Assembly: GCA_050309605.1 (NCBI GenBank)
Contig: JBNRMN010000033.1
Span: 128,001 to 192,000 of the forward strand
Length of the DNA stretch: 64,000 nucleotides
Source of the DNA: Anaerohalosphaeraceae bacterium
GTDB taxonomy: Bacteria > Planctomycetota > Phycisphaerae > Sedimentisphaerales > Anaerohalosphaeraceae
Direction: 5' to 3'
Shown here: piece after piece, positions 39,205-49,593 of the stretch
Layout of the letters: the number at the start of each line of letters is the position of its first letter
Numbering within the stretch: position 1 is the first letter of the stretch
The notes under the pieces: generated by a model
What the model was told of the DNA's origin: nothing
What the model saw: the letters and a program-made list of their open reading frames with translations, nothing else
Database searches by the model: none
Program-made: the position numbers and the translations under genes

Positions 39205-40591
39205 GTCGGATTCGCTCGGCGACGCCGCACTGCAGGATGTGCTGGCCGGACGCAAAATGCCGGCCTCACCCGAAGCAGAAGCGGCGGTGTTGGGGTCGAT
39301 GATTCTGGATCGCGATTGTATCAGTTCGATGATTGAGCTGATGCGACCCGATTATTTCTCTCGAACAGAGCACCGGCTGATTTACGACGGGCTGCTGCGT
39401 CTGTATGAGGCCAACAGCAGCATTGATCTGGTGCTGCTGCGGGACGAGCTGAAAAAAATGGACTGCCTGGAGGCGGTTGGCGGGGTTGAATACCTGGTCA
39501 AAGTGGCCGAGGCCGTCCCCTCGGCGGCCAATGCGGAGTATTACGCCGCTATTGTCCGCGAAAAGGCGATGTTGCGCGAATTGGCGCGCACCTGTGCCGA
39601 GATTATGCAGGATGCCTGCGACGAGGCGGGCGATGTCAGCGAAAAGCTTGATTTGGCCGAGCAAAAAGTTTTTGCCGTTACGGAAAAGAAAATCACCGGT
39701 GCGGCGGTTCCGGTCAAAAACCTGATTACGGAGGCCTTTGAGGCCATCGAATCCCGGAAAGGCTCGCACGTAACGGGGCTGCCGACGGGATTTGAGGAAC
39801 TCAATCAGTTGCTGTGCGGCCTGCAGAAGGGCGAAATGGTCATTGTTGCGGCCCGTCCGAGTATGGGTAAAACCAGTTTCGCGCTGAATATGGCCGAATA
39901 TCAGGCCGCCGATGAAGATATTCCCGTGGTCATCTTTTCCCTTGAAATGAGCCGTCAGCAGTTGGTCGAGCGTATTTTGTGTAGCCGCTCCGGGGTGGAT
40001 TCACAACTGGTTCGAAAAGGGATGCTCAGCACCGATCAGTTTGCCGAATTGACGCGGGCCGGGGGCGAGTTGTTCGAAAAACCGTTGTTTATCGATGATA
40101 CGCCGGGCCTGACCCCGATGATGATCCGCGGCAAGTGCCGTCGGCTCAAAAGCCAGTATGATATTCAGGCGGTGTATGTCGATTATATGCAGTTGATGAG
40201 CCTGGGCGGTTACGCCGAATCGCGCCAGCAGGAAATCAGCACGATTTCGCGACAGCTCAAGGCGCTGGCCCGCGAGCTGGAAGTGCCGGTCGTGGTGCTC
40301 AGCCAGCTCAATCGCGCCGCCGAAGGACGCGAGGGACATCGTCCGCGGATGAGCGACCTGCGTGAAAGCGGCAGCATCGAGCAGGACGCCGATGTGATTA
40401 TCCTGCTGCATCGGGAAGCCTATTATCATCGTCATGACCCCGGATGGGAAGAGGAAAATCCCGACAAAGCCAACACCGCCGAGATCATTGTCGCCAAGCA
40501 GCGCAACGGTCCGACGGATGTGGTTAACCTGGTCTTTGACGGGCGTTTGACGCGGTTTAAGCCCTGTTACCATGAACCGGCGCCGTTTTGA
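39143..40591 (+). CDS. dnaB: Replicative DNA helicase (start uncertain; overlaps rplI 3' end)
   Basis: EAEAAVLG, AARPSMGKT, FSLEM, DYMQL, LSQLNR, SDLRESGSIEQDAD, KQRNGP; no intein seen. Confidence 0.96.
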   Translation: MLTHRNRPLTQRRKATARRHESDSLGDAALQDVLAGRKMPASPEAEAAVLGSMILDRDCISSMIELMRPDYFSRTEHRLIYDGLLRLYEANSSIDLVLLRDELKKMDCLEAVGGVEYLVKVAEAVPSAANAEYYAAIVREKAMLRELARTCAEIMQDACDEAGDVSEKLDLAEQKVFAVTEKKITGAAVPVKNLITEAFEAIESRKGSHVTGLPTGFEELNQLLCGLQKGEMVIVAARPSMGKTSFALNMAEYQAADEDIPVVIFSLEMSRQQLVERILCSRSGVDSQLVRKGMLSTDQFAELTRAGGELFEKPLFIDDTPGLTPMMIRGKCRRLKSQYDIQAVYVDYMQLMSLGGYAESRQQEISTISRQLKALARELEVPVVVLSQLNRAAEGREGHRPRMSDLRESGSIEQDADVIILLHREAYYHRHDPGWEEENPDKANTAEIIVAKQRNGPTDVVNLVFDGRLTRFKPCYHEPAPF

Positions 40592-40723
40592 AATCAATGA
40601 GAGACATAACAGTCAACAATCAGGAGCCGGCCGCCGGCCGGGTCTTTGCATAATGGTCAATACGCAGACAAAAGACGCTTCCGGCGCCATTCAGCAAACA
40701 CAGAAACAAACTTCAGGGAGGCA

Positions 40724-43036
40724 ATGATGCAGCGAAGATTCGGATGGATGTTGGTTATAGTATGTCTGGCGGCGGCACTGAGCGCGTCGCAGACGACGGC
40801 GCCGGAGGCGGCTGAGGGGCTGACCATCGGCGTACTCGAAACAGCCGGTAATGTGACGTTGAGTCGGGCTGAGGTGCTGACGCGCGCGAGCCTGCGTCCG
40901 GGCCAGCGGTTCAGCGCCCCCGAGGCGGCCTCGGATGTGCGGCGGATTGCGTCGCTGGAGGCAGTGGAGCGGGCCTATTACAGCGCCGAGGTCGTGGACG
41001 GTCGTGTGGTCCTGACGTATGTGGTGGTGGAAAAAAATCTGGTCCGGTCGCTGGCTCTTCGCGGCAATCAGCGGCTCAGCGACTCCCGTCTGACCAGGGA
41101 GCTGACCTTTACCACGGGCGATTATCTGGATGTCTTTGCCGTGCGCGCCGGACGCGACGCCATTGAGCAGCTCTATCGAAAACGCGGACATGCGTGGGTT
41201 GAGGTGACCCTGAATGAAGCTGCGTTGGCGATGGGCCTAGTGGAATACACCATCGACGAAGGGCCGCGCCCCAAAATTCGGGCGGTGCGATTTGTCGGCA
41301 ACAACGCCTTCAAAGACAGTGAACTGAAAAAACCGGTCAAAACCAAACCCCGCAAGCTGATGTTTTTTCAGCAGTACTACAACCCCGACCAAATCGCCGA
41401 AGACGAGCAAAAGCTCATTGAGGTGTATCAAAAAAGGGCGTTTCTGGATGTGAAGATCTCCAGCGAGGTGGTTTTCGGCAAAGACAAAGAAACCGCCGAA
41501 GTGATTTTTCACATTGAAGAAGGGCCGGTGTATATCGTGGATTCCATCCGGATGACGGGGCATACCTTTTTTGATGAGGCGACGCTGCGGGAGGATATGC
41601 GGCTGCGCGAGGACTTTTACTACAGCCAGGATCGGGCTGAATTCGACGCTCGGAAAGTCCGATCGCGCTATCGGGAACAGGGTTTTGTTGAGGCCGAGGT
41701 GGAACTGAAGCGCACCTTTTTGCCGGATGCGCGGGTGGCGGTGGAGTTTGTGATTACCGAAGGTCCGCGTTTCCGCATTGGGGAGGTCGTCATTACCGGC
41801 AACACGACGATTAAAGACCACGCCATTCGCCGGGTGCTGGACGAGGAAGGGTTTGAGCCGGGTCAGTGGTATGACGCCGACGGGGCGCGCGGCGACGGCG
41901 ACGGCGAAATCGAACAGATTGTCCGATACACCGTGGTTACCGAATCGGCGGTCATTACGCCGACCGGCGACGAACCGGACACGCGCGACGCGGTCGTGAA
42001 CATCACCGAAGGGCAGACCGGCTCGATTATGCTTGGCGCCGGCGTGGCCAGCGACAGCGGCGTCATCGGCAGCATTACACTCGATCAGCGGAATTTTGAT
42101 ATCACCGATTGGCCGGACAGTTTCGGCGAATTTATTACCGGCAAGGCCTTTCGCGGCGCCGGTCAGCGGATGCGTATTTCGCTCAATCCCGGCACGGTGT
42201 ACAGCACCTATTCGATCAACTTCACCGAACCGTATTTATACGACCGGCCGGTGGCGCTGAATGTCGGTGCATCGAGTTTTTCGCGCTATCGGGAATCGTA
42301 TGATGAGGGGCGATTGACCGGAACAGCCGGCCTGGAAAAACGCTATCGCGATGATTGGCGCAGAGGCATTTCATTTCGGGGCGAACAGGTGCGCATCTCC
42401 GATCTGGATCATGATGTCCCCAAAGAAATCCGCGATGTCAAGGGCGACAACATGTTGTACGGAACGCGCTTTTACGTTCGTCGCGACCGCACCGACAGCC
42501 GTTATCTGCCGACTCAAGGGTATCATTTTGACGCCGGTTATGAACAGCTTTTCGGCGACTTTACCTTCGGCGTGCTCAGCGGAACGCAGCGATGGTATTA
42601 TACGCTGTATGAAGATTTGGCCGAAAACAAGACGGTCCTTGAGACCAAGGTTCACGCCGGCACCGTTATCGGCACGGCGCCGATGTTCGAGAAATTCTAC
42701 GCCGGGGGCATCGGATCGATTCGCGGTTTTCGCTATCGCGGCGTCAGTCCCCGCAAAGGGCCGGACGACGATCCGATCGGCAGCGACTGGCTGGTGATGG
42801 GCAGCGGCGAAATCGCCGTGCCGCTGGGCAGCCAGACGTTCGCGTGGTTGTTTTTTGCCGATGTCGGTATGATCGACTCCGGGCCGGTACGCTCCTCGGT
42901 CGGTACGGGGATTCAAATCCAGATTCCGCAGTTTTTCGGACCGGTGCCGATGCGGTTTGAACTGGCCAGCCCGATTACCAAAGACGACAAAGACAAAACC
43001 CAGGCGTTCAGTTTTTCGGTTGGCGCCTTGTTCTGA
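40724..43036 (+). CDS. bamA: Outer membrane protein assembly factor BamA
   Basis: Signal peptide, POTRA repeats, FTEPYL, YAGGIGSIRGF, terminal Phe; position in the skp-lpxD cluster. Confidence 0.9.
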   Translation: MMQRRFGWMLVIVCLAAALSASQTTAPEAAEGLTIGVLETAGNVTLSRAEVLTRASLRPGQRFSAPEAASDVRRIASLEAVERAYYSAEVVDGRVVLTYVVVEKNLVRSLALRGNQRLSDSRLTRELTFTTGDYLDVFAVRAGRDAIEQLYRKRGHAWVEVTLNEAALAMGLVEYTIDEGPRPKIRAVRFVGNNAFKDSELKKPVKTKPRKLMFFQQYYNPDQIAEDEQKLIEVYQKRAFLDVKISSEVVFGKDKETAEVIFHIEEGPVYIVDSIRMTGHTFFDEATLREDMRLREDFYYSQDRAEFDARKVRSRYREQGFVEAEVELKRTFLPDARVAVEFVITEGPRFRIGEVVITGNTTIKDHAIRRVLDEEGFEPGQWYDADGARGDGDGEIEQIVRYTVVTESAVITPTGDEPDTRDAVVNITEGQTGSIMLGAGVASDSGVIGSITLDQRNFDITDWPDSFGEFITGKAFRGAGQRMRISLNPGTVYSTYSINFTEPYLYDRPVALNVGASSFSRYRESYDEGRLTGTAGLEKRYRDDWRRGISFRGEQVRISDLDHDVPKEIRDVKGDNMLYGTRFYVRRDRTDSRYLPTQGYHFDAGYEQLFGDFTFGVLSGTQRWYYTLYEDLAENKTVLETKVHAGTVIGTAPMFEKFYAGGIGSIRGFRYRGVSPRKGPDDDPIGSDWLVMGSGEIAVPLGSQTFAWLFFADVGMIDSGPVRSSVGTGIQIQIPQFFGPVPMRFELASPITKDDKDKTQAFSFSVGALF

Positions 43037-43101
43037 AAACGAAAGCCACAAGACCCACGGTCAACATATCGAATAAAAATGTTCTGACAGAAAGGATTGC
43101 A

Positions 43102-43686
43102 ATGAAAACACGGACACTGATAGCAATGGCAGCGGCGGCGGTGATTACGGCGGGTGTTTTTCGCCAGGGTGCGCTTCAGGCCGATGCGCTGGCAGCGCCC
43201 AAAGTGGCGGTTGTGGATGTTACGCGCGTCCTCGAAAACAGCAAAAAACATCAGGCCTGGAAAGACAAGATGGAAAAAGAACAGGAGCAGATGAAAGAGG
43301 AATTCAGCGCGATGCGCAGCGAACTGGAATCGCTGGATCAGCAGCTTCGCCTGCTGCGGCGCGGCAGCGAGGATTATCTCCGATACAGCCGTCAGTTTGC
43401 CGAAAAAAAGGCCATCCTCGAAGCACGAAACGCTTTTTATGAAGACAAGGTGACCCAGGAAATGCAGTCGTGGACCGAAGACCTGTATCGCACTTTGCTG
43501 CTGATCATTGACCGCACCGCTCAGCAAAAGGGCATTGATCTGGTCCTGGCCAAAGAGCAACTGGACTTGCCGGCGCCGAGTCTGCGGGACTTTATGCTGA
43601 CGATCAAAACCAAAAAAGTACTGTACAACAGCCCCCAATTGGACATCACCGCCGAGGTACTGGCGTCCCTGGACAATGAGAATTAG
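43102..43686 (+). CDS. skp: OmpH/Skp periplasmic chaperone
   Basis: KVAVVDVTRVL, coiled coil, DITAEVL. Confidence 0.85.
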   Translation: MKTRTLIAMAAAAVITAGVFRQGALQADALAAPKVAVVDVTRVLENSKKHQAWKDKMEKEQEQMKEEFSAMRSELESLDQQLRLLRRGSEDYLRYSRQFAEKKAILEARNAFYEDKVTQEMQSWTEDLYRTLLLIIDRTAQQKGIDLVLAKEQLDLPAPSLRDFMLTIKTKKVLYNSPQLDITAEVLASLDNEN

Positions 43687-43704
43687 CCGCAGGATAAAAC
43701 ACGC

Positions 43705-44763
43705 ATGCAGCATACTTCATCGAAGATGATTGCGCTGGCGGATCTGGCCGACAGGCTCAGCGCGGTTCTTGTCGGAGGCGATGGGCAGCGTCCCGTTACC
43801 GGTGTCAATACCATTTATGACGCCGGGCCGAACGAAATCTGTTTTCTGACCGTCGAAAAACATCGCGCCCGGCTTGCCCAGACGCAGGCGGCTGCGGTGC
43901 TGGTCGGACGGGAACTGGACGATTGTCCGGTCGGACAGCTTGTCGTCGGCGATGTCAACAAGGCGCTGATCACGGCCCAGCGGTTATTTGAACCGATGCT
44001 CAAGGGCTTTTCCGGTATTGATCCAAGCGCGGTGGTCGATGCCACCGCGTCGGTCGATGCGTCCGCGACTGTCGGGCCGTGTGCCGTTATCGGGGCGAAT
44101 GTCCACATCGGCCCGCAAACGGTCATCGGTCCGGGCTGCGTCATCGGCGAAGAAACCGTCATCGGCGCCCGCTGTCGGCTGGATGCCAACGTGGTGGTTT
44201 ATCATCGCTGCCGCATCGGCAATGACTGCGTGATTCAGGCCAATGCGACGATTGGTTCGGTGGGCTTTGGTTATTATTTTGTTGATGGACAACATCAGTT
44301 AATTCCGCATAACGGCGGTGTTATCCTCGAAGACGGGGTGGAAATCGGGGCCGGCAGTTGCATCGATCGGGCCAAGTTCGGCCATACCGTCATCGGCGCC
44401 GGGACAAAAATTGACAATCTCGTCCAGATTGCGCACAATGTCCGTATCGGAAAGACCTGTCTTCTGGCCGGACAAGTCGGGCTGGCCGGCAGTGCCGTGC
44501 TGAAAGACGGCGTTGTCCTGGCCGGTAACGCCGGCGTAGCCGACCATATTGTCGTCGGCGCCGGTGTGGTGGCCGGGGCGCGGGCAACGATAACCGAAGA
44601 TATGTCCGATGGTCTAAAGGTGTTGGGGTTTCCCGCCAGGGAGATCCGCGCCGAAATGAAAAGTATGAGCCTGTACCAAAAACTTCCTGACATTGTCAAA
44701 GAACTGAAGCAACTGGAAAAAAAAGTCGAACGCCTTGAAGCAGCAAAAAACCATCAAGACTGA
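43705..44763 (+). CDS. lpxD: UDP-3-O-acylglucosamine N-acyltransferase
   Basis: Hexapeptide repeats, GFGY, IDR, TKIDNLVQIAHNV. Confidence 0.95.
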   Translation: MQHTSSKMIALADLADRLSAVLVGGDGQRPVTGVNTIYDAGPNEICFLTVEKHRARLAQTQAAAVLVGRELDDCPVGQLVVGDVNKALITAQRLFEPMLKGFSGIDPSAVVDATASVDASATVGPCAVIGANVHIGPQTVIGPGCVIGEETVIGARCRLDANVVVYHRCRIGNDCVIQANATIGSVGFGYYFVDGQHQLIPHNGGVILEDGVEIGAGSCIDRAKFGHTVIGAGTKIDNLVQIAHNVRIGKTCLLAGQVGLAGSAVLKDGVVLAGNAGVADHIVVGAGVVAGARATITEDMSDGLKVLGFPAREIRAEMKSMSLYQKLPDIVKELKQLEKKVERLEAAKNHQD

Positions 44764-46042
44764 AGCCCGGCTGACCGGTAAAGGGTTGTTCAGCGGTAAA
44801 GAGACCAAAATGGTCTTTCGTCCCGCCGATCCTGATACGGGGGTGGTTTTTGTGCGCAACGATCTTAATCCGCCGGCACGGGTCGAGGTGTGCCCCGACC
44901 ATATCGCGCAGCGGGACCGCCGCTCGGCCCTGCAGAACGGGCGGGCGGTCATTGAGACGCCGGAGCACTGCCTGGCGGCGATTTATGCGATGGATATTGA
45001 CAATGTGATCATTGAGGTGGAAGGCGCCGAACTGCCGGGCTTTGACGGCAGCAGCGATGAATATTTTCGTGCCCTTCAGCGGTGCGGCATTCAGGTGCAG
45101 GACGCCCCGCAGCGTCCCATTCTCATCAGCGAATCGGTGTGCATTACCGAAGGCGACAAGAGCATCTATGCTCTGCCCCATCAGGGCAACGGGCTGAGTT
45201 TGACGTATGATATGGACTACACCCAGCATACCGGCGTCGGCCGGCAAATTTATTCCTGCGATTTGAGTGAATCGACGTATGCTCAGAATCTGGCGCGTGC
45301 CCGCACGTTTGTGCTCGAAGCCGAAGCGCGGCAGATGCAGGCGGCCGGCATCGGAACGCATCTGGGGCCGAAAGACATATTGGTCATCAGTTCGGACGGG
45401 CCTATCAAAAACACGTTTCGCTGGCCCGATGAGTGCGTTCGGCACAAAGTGGTTGATCTGATCGGTGATTTGCGTCTGGCCGGGCGGCCCATCGTCGGGC
45501 GCGTCGTGGCGTACAAAACCGGCCACACCCTCAATCAAAAACTGGTCAAGCGGCTGGTGGAAGCAAGCCGCCAAATCGAACAGCAAAGAGCGCTGTCCGA
45601 CAAGCCGCTGCTGGATATTAAACGCATCCAGAAGATACTGCCGCATCGCTATCCGTTTTTGCTGGTCGATAAGGTTATTGAGATCGAAGGCAGTCGGCGT
45701 ATCCGCTGCGTCAAAAACGTGACCTTCAATGAGCAGTTTTTTCAGGGACATTTTCCCTCTTCGCCCGTGATGCCCGGCGTGCTGATTGTCGAGGCGCTGG
45801 CCCAGGCCTCCGGCCTGCTGTTTGCCCAGACGCTTGAGCATACCGGCAAGCTGGCGGTGCTGCTGACGATGGACGCGGTCAAGATTCGCAAATCAGTCGT
45901 GCCGGGCGATCAGTTGATTCTGATTGCCGAAGCCGACAAAGTCCGCAGCCGTGCGGCCAAATGTAATTGTACTGCGATGGTCGGTGATGAGGTTGTCGCC
46001 GAGGCGCAGCTTAAATTTATGCTGGTGGACGACGATGTGTAG
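44735..46042 (+). CDS. lpxC/fabZ: Bifunctional LpxC deacetylase / FabZ dehydratase fusion
   Basis: QKTI, EH, DGSS, RARTF, RHKVVDLIGDL (LpxC); LPHRYPFLLVD, FFQGHFP, PGVLIVEALAQ (FabZ). Confidence 0.93.
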   Translation: MKQQKTIKTEARLTGKGLFSGKETKMVFRPADPDTGVVFVRNDLNPPARVEVCPDHIAQRDRRSALQNGRAVIETPEHCLAAIYAMDIDNVIIEVEGAELPGFDGSSDEYFRALQRCGIQVQDAPQRPILISESVCITEGDKSIYALPHQGNGLSLTYDMDYTQHTGVGRQIYSCDLSESTYAQNLARARTFVLEAEARQMQAAGIGTHLGPKDILVISSDGPIKNTFRWPDECVRHKVVDLIGDLRLAGRPIVGRVVAYKTGHTLNQKLVKRLVEASRQIEQQRALSDKPLLDIKRIQKILPHRYPFLLVDKVIEIEGSRRIRCVKNVTFNEQFFQGHFPSSPVMPGVLIVEALAQASGLLFAQTLEHTGKLAVLLTMDAVKIRKSVVPGDQLILIAEADKVRSRAAKCNCTAMVGDEVVAEAQLKFMLVDDDV

Positions 46043-46102
46043 AATCGCTCCGCTGTTAAGTGTGGTATTGCAAACGTGTAAGAACCGGAGGTATCAGCCA
46101 TT

Positions 46103-46912
46103 ATGAGTTGTCAGATTCATCCAACGGCGTATGTCGCTCCCAGTGCCGAACTGGGGTCCGATGTGGTGATCGGGCCGTTTGGTTTTGTTGATGAAGGTGT
46201 GCGAATTGGAGACGGAACCGTGCTCGATACCCACGTCGTCATCGGCAAAAACACACAAATCGGTAAGAATAACCGGATTTTTGCCGGCGCCGTATTGGGG
46301 CGCCCTCCGCAAATTCTTGGATTGGATGAACAGACCAGGATCGGTCGGCTGGTCATCGGCGATAACAATACCATTCGCGAGCATGTCACGATTCATCCGA
46401 GTATGTATCCGGATCAGAGCACGACCGTCGGCAGCAGCAATTTGTTGATGATCAATGTTCATCTCGGACACGATTGCCATCTGGGCGATAAGATTGTCAT
46501 CAGCAACTGTACGCAGGTCAGCGGGCATTGTCAAGTCGAAACCGGCGCCTGGCTCAGCGGTATGGTCGCTGTGCATCAATTCGTCACCATCGGTAAATGG
46601 TGTTACGCCGCCGGTTATACGGGCATCAACCACGATGTGCCGCCATTTGTGATTGTCAGCGGCCATTATCCCGTCGAGGTTCGCGCCATCAACAAACGCG
46701 GTCTGGCGCGGGCGGGACTGAATGAAGACCAGCAAAACAGGATTTACGAGGCGTTCAAATTCATCTGGCGCAGTGAAGGGCCTGTGCTGGAGCGTGTCAA
46801 GCTGCTGTCGGCCAAAGACGGGCTGGACGAAAACGTCCGCGCGATGTGTCAGGCTATCATCAACAGCAGCCGACAGCGATTCGGACGAACGCTTGAACTG
46901 AACCGACACTAA
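46103..46912 (+). CDS. lpxA: Acyl-ACP--UDP-N-acetylglucosamine O-acyltransferase
   Basis: IHPTA, PQ, IREHVTIH, HLGHDC, VHQF, DVPPF. Confidence 0.93.
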   Translation: MSCQIHPTAYVAPSAELGSDVVIGPFGFVDEGVRIGDGTVLDTHVVIGKNTQIGKNNRIFAGAVLGRPPQILGLDEQTRIGRLVIGDNNTIREHVTIHPSMYPDQSTTVGSSNLLMINVHLGHDCHLGDKIVISNCTQVSGHCQVETGAWLSGMVAVHQFVTIGKWCYAAGYTGINHDVPPFVIVSGHYPVEVRAINKRGLARAGLNEDQQNRIYEAFKFIWRSEGPVLERVKLLSAKDGLDENVRAMCQAIINSSRQRFGRTLELNRH

Positions 46913-46932
46913 GAGGCAAACAAAGGAATGCT

Positions 46933-47934
46933 ATGAAAACGCTGCGAACGGCCGTCGTCGGGGCCGGTAAAATGGGCAACATCCACGCCAAAGTGTACAG
47001 CCAACTGGACGGGGCGGAACTGGTCGCGGTGGCCGATAAGGATCTGGAGCGGGCCGAGGCGCTGGCCGAGCGGTACGATTGTGCCGCGACCGATGATCCC
47101 GCTTCGCTGATCGGCACGGTTGATGCGGTCACGATCTCGGCGCCGACGGCGTCGCATCTGGAGCTGGCCGAATTGTTTATCACCCGCGGTGTGCCCGTGC
47201 TGATTGAAAAGCCGCTGGCCGCTTCGGCTGAGCAGGGCCGGCGGATTGCCGATCTGGCCGCCCGGCACGGCGTGGTGGTGGCGGTGGGCCACTCGGAGCG
47301 CTGCAATCCGGTCGTTCAGGCGATGAAGCGGCTGAACATTGAGCCGATGTTCATCGAGGCCAACCGCGTCAGTCCGTATCCGTTTCGGTCGATGGATATC
47401 GGCGTGGTGCTGGATGTCATGATTCACGATATTGATATTATCCTGTCGCTGGCCAACAGCCGTCCGGTCAAGGTCGAGGCGGTCGGGGTCAACGTGATTG
47501 CCGATCACGAGGATATTTGCAATGCCCGCGTGATTTTTGAAAACGGCTGCATTGCCAACATCACCGCCTCGCGGCTGGCGCTCAAGACCGAGCGTAAGGT
47601 GCGCGTCTTCAGTCGGCAGGCGTATTTGAGCCTGGACTATTTCCGTAAAGAAGGCATCGTCATCAAGACCGACCCGAATGTCGATGTGGTCAAGTGGATT
47701 CGCGAGCGTCAGGAAAAACAGGATTTTGATTTTTCACAGGTCAACTGGCCGGAGCTGCTGCATATCGAACAGCTCGAAATCACCGACGCCGAGCCGCTCA
47801 AGATTGAACAGCAGGCGTTTCTAAAAGCGATCTGCGACGGCGGTCGCCCGGAAGTAACCGCCGAAGACGGCCTGGCCGCACTCGAATGCGCCGAGCAAAT
47901 CCTCGTCTGCGTCCGACAACATCAGTGGAAGTGA
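46933..47934 (+). CDS. Gfo/Idh/MocA oxidoreductase, GnnA-like
   Basis: GAGKMG..H, EKP, GHSERCNP, DIGVVLDVMIHDID, ANITASR; directly downstream of lpxA. Confidence 0.8.
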   Translation: MKTLRTAVVGAGKMGNIHAKVYSQLDGAELVAVADKDLERAEALAERYDCAATDDPASLIGTVDAVTISAPTASHLELAELFITRGVPVLIEKPLAASAEQGRRIADLAARHGVVVAVGHSERCNPVVQAMKRLNIEPMFIEANRVSPYPFRSMDIGVVLDVMIHDIDIILSLANSRPVKVEAVGVNVIADHEDICNARVIFENGCIANITASRLALKTERKVRVFSRQAYLSLDYFRKEGIVIKTDPNVDVVKWIRERQEKQDFDFSQVNWPELLHIEQLEITDAEPLKIEQQAFLKAICDGGRPEVTAEDGLAALECAEQILVCVRQHQWK

Positions 47935-48068
47935 CATAACAGAAGACAAAAGATAGACGGTAGAGGGTGGAAAGACAGGGGCCTGCCTGTGTGTTCGGGC
48001 AAGCAACAGCCGAGCGACGCCAGTCGTCGGATGGGCAAACGTCAAAAACCTGTGGGTGAGTTTTCTTC

Positions 48069-49430
48069 TTAATTTCGCAGGGCTTTGATAGGGGCGGGCA
48101 TACGGCCTTTTCGGGCGATGAAGGCGGGGGCGCATTTTTTGGGGACGGGCATAATGGGGGCGCTGCCGAGCAGGCCGCCGAAATGGACGATTTGTCCGGC
48201 GCGTTTGCCGGGAACGGGGATCACGCGGACGCTGGTGGTCTTGTGATTGGCGATGCCGATGGCCAGCTCGTCGGCGATAATCGCACTGAGAACATCGGCG
48301 GGTGTGGAGCCGGCAACGGCGAACATATCCATCCCGACCGAGCAGACGCTGGTCAGGGCTTCGAGTTTGTCGAGTGAAAGCGCTCCTTCCTTGACCGCGC
48401 GGATCATCCCGGCGTCTTCGCTGACGGGGATAAAGGTGCCGCTCAGGCCGCCGACCCGTCCGGAGGCCATCGCGCCGCCTTTTTTGACCGCGTCGATCAG
48501 CAGGGCCAGTGCGGCGGTGCTGCCGGGCCGCCCCATCCGGCTGACGCCCATCGCCTCGATGATTTCGGCGACCGAGTCGCCTGCGGCCGGGGTCGCGGCC
48601 AGCGAAATATCCACGATGCCGAATTCCACGCCGAGCCGGTCGGCCACCTCCCGGCCGATCAGTTCCCCGGCGCGGGTGATTTTGAAGACCGTCCGCTTGA
48701 TGACCTCGCTCAACTCGGTCAAGTCGCAATCGGGATTCTGCTCGACGACGGTTTTGACCACGCCGGGGCCGGAGATGCCGACATTCAGCGAATAATCCGG
48801 CTCGCCGATGCCGTGATGCGCCCCGGCCATAAACGGATTGTCTTCAGGTACATTGGCAAACACCGCTACTTTGGCGCAGCCGATGCCGGTTTTGCTGCGT
48901 TTGGCCAGATCCTTGAGGATGTGTCCGAATCGCTCGACCGCCGTCATATTCAGTCCCGCCTCGGTCGTGCCCATATTAAAAAAGCTGCACACCCGTTTGG
49001 TCTGCGACAGGGCCTGCGGCAGGGCGTTCATCATATTCTCATCCGAACCGGTCAGGCCTTTTTGCACATGGCCGCCAAAGCCGCCGATAAAGTCGATGTC
49101 CGCCTGGGCGGCGGCGCGGTCAAGCGTCTTGGCTACGCGCACCGCCGCGGCAATGGTTCGCGGCAGCGGCTCGGCCAGCAGCGATACGGGCGTAACCGCG
49201 ATGCGACGGTTGATGACCGGCACGCCGTATTTCTGCTCCATCGCATCGGCCGCAGCGTTGAGTTTTTTGCCCATTGCCACGATCCGCTGTTCAATCCGAC
49301 CGCAAAAGTGGTCCGTGTCGCGGTCCATACAGTCTTTCAGGTTGATGCCGAGTGTCACCGTGCGGATGTCGAAGTTCTGCCGCAGGGTCATATTGACGGT
49401 CTCAAAAATTTCCTCAACGGTAATGCTCAT
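48069..49430 (-). CDS. UPF0210/DUF711 (PFL-like) family protein
   Basis: DIRTVTLGINL, RIAVTP, EDNPFMAGA, NVGISGPGVV, GGLSGTFIPVSED, VCSVGMDM. Confidence 0.9.
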   Translation of the reverse strand: MSITVEEIFETVNMTLRQNFDIRTVTLGINLKDCMDRDTDHFCGRIEQRIVAMGKKLNAAADAMEQKYGVPVINRRIAVTPVSLLAEPLPRTIAAAVRVAKTLDRAAAQADIDFIGGFGGHVQKGLTGSDENMMNALPQALSQTKRVCSFFNMGTTEAGLNMTAVERFGHILKDLAKRSKTGIGCAKVAVFANVPEDNPFMAGAHHGIGEPDYSLNVGISGPGVVKTVVEQNPDCDLTELSEVIKRTVFKITRAGELIGREVADRLGVEFGIVDISLAATPAAGDSVAEIIEAMGVSRMGRPGSTAALALLIDAVKKGGAMASGRVGGLSGTFIPVSEDAGMIRAVKEGALSLDKLEALTSVCSVGMDMFAVAGSTPADVLSAIIADELAIGIANHKTTSVRVIPVPGKRAGQIVHFGGLLGSAPIMPVPKKCAPAFIARKGRMPAPIKALRN

Positions 49431-49593
49431 TGCAGGCTCCGAGTCGAGTCAGCGTTCGATTGTCTGTTTGAGCGACATTGTAACGAACGCGGCGGGTCTT
49501 GAAAAGCGACAGAATCAAAAAGACCGCGTTTTTGATTGAAGGCGGTTTCGTCGGGCGGTTGTATTGTCAGGCTGTTCGTGGTATGATTGGCGG

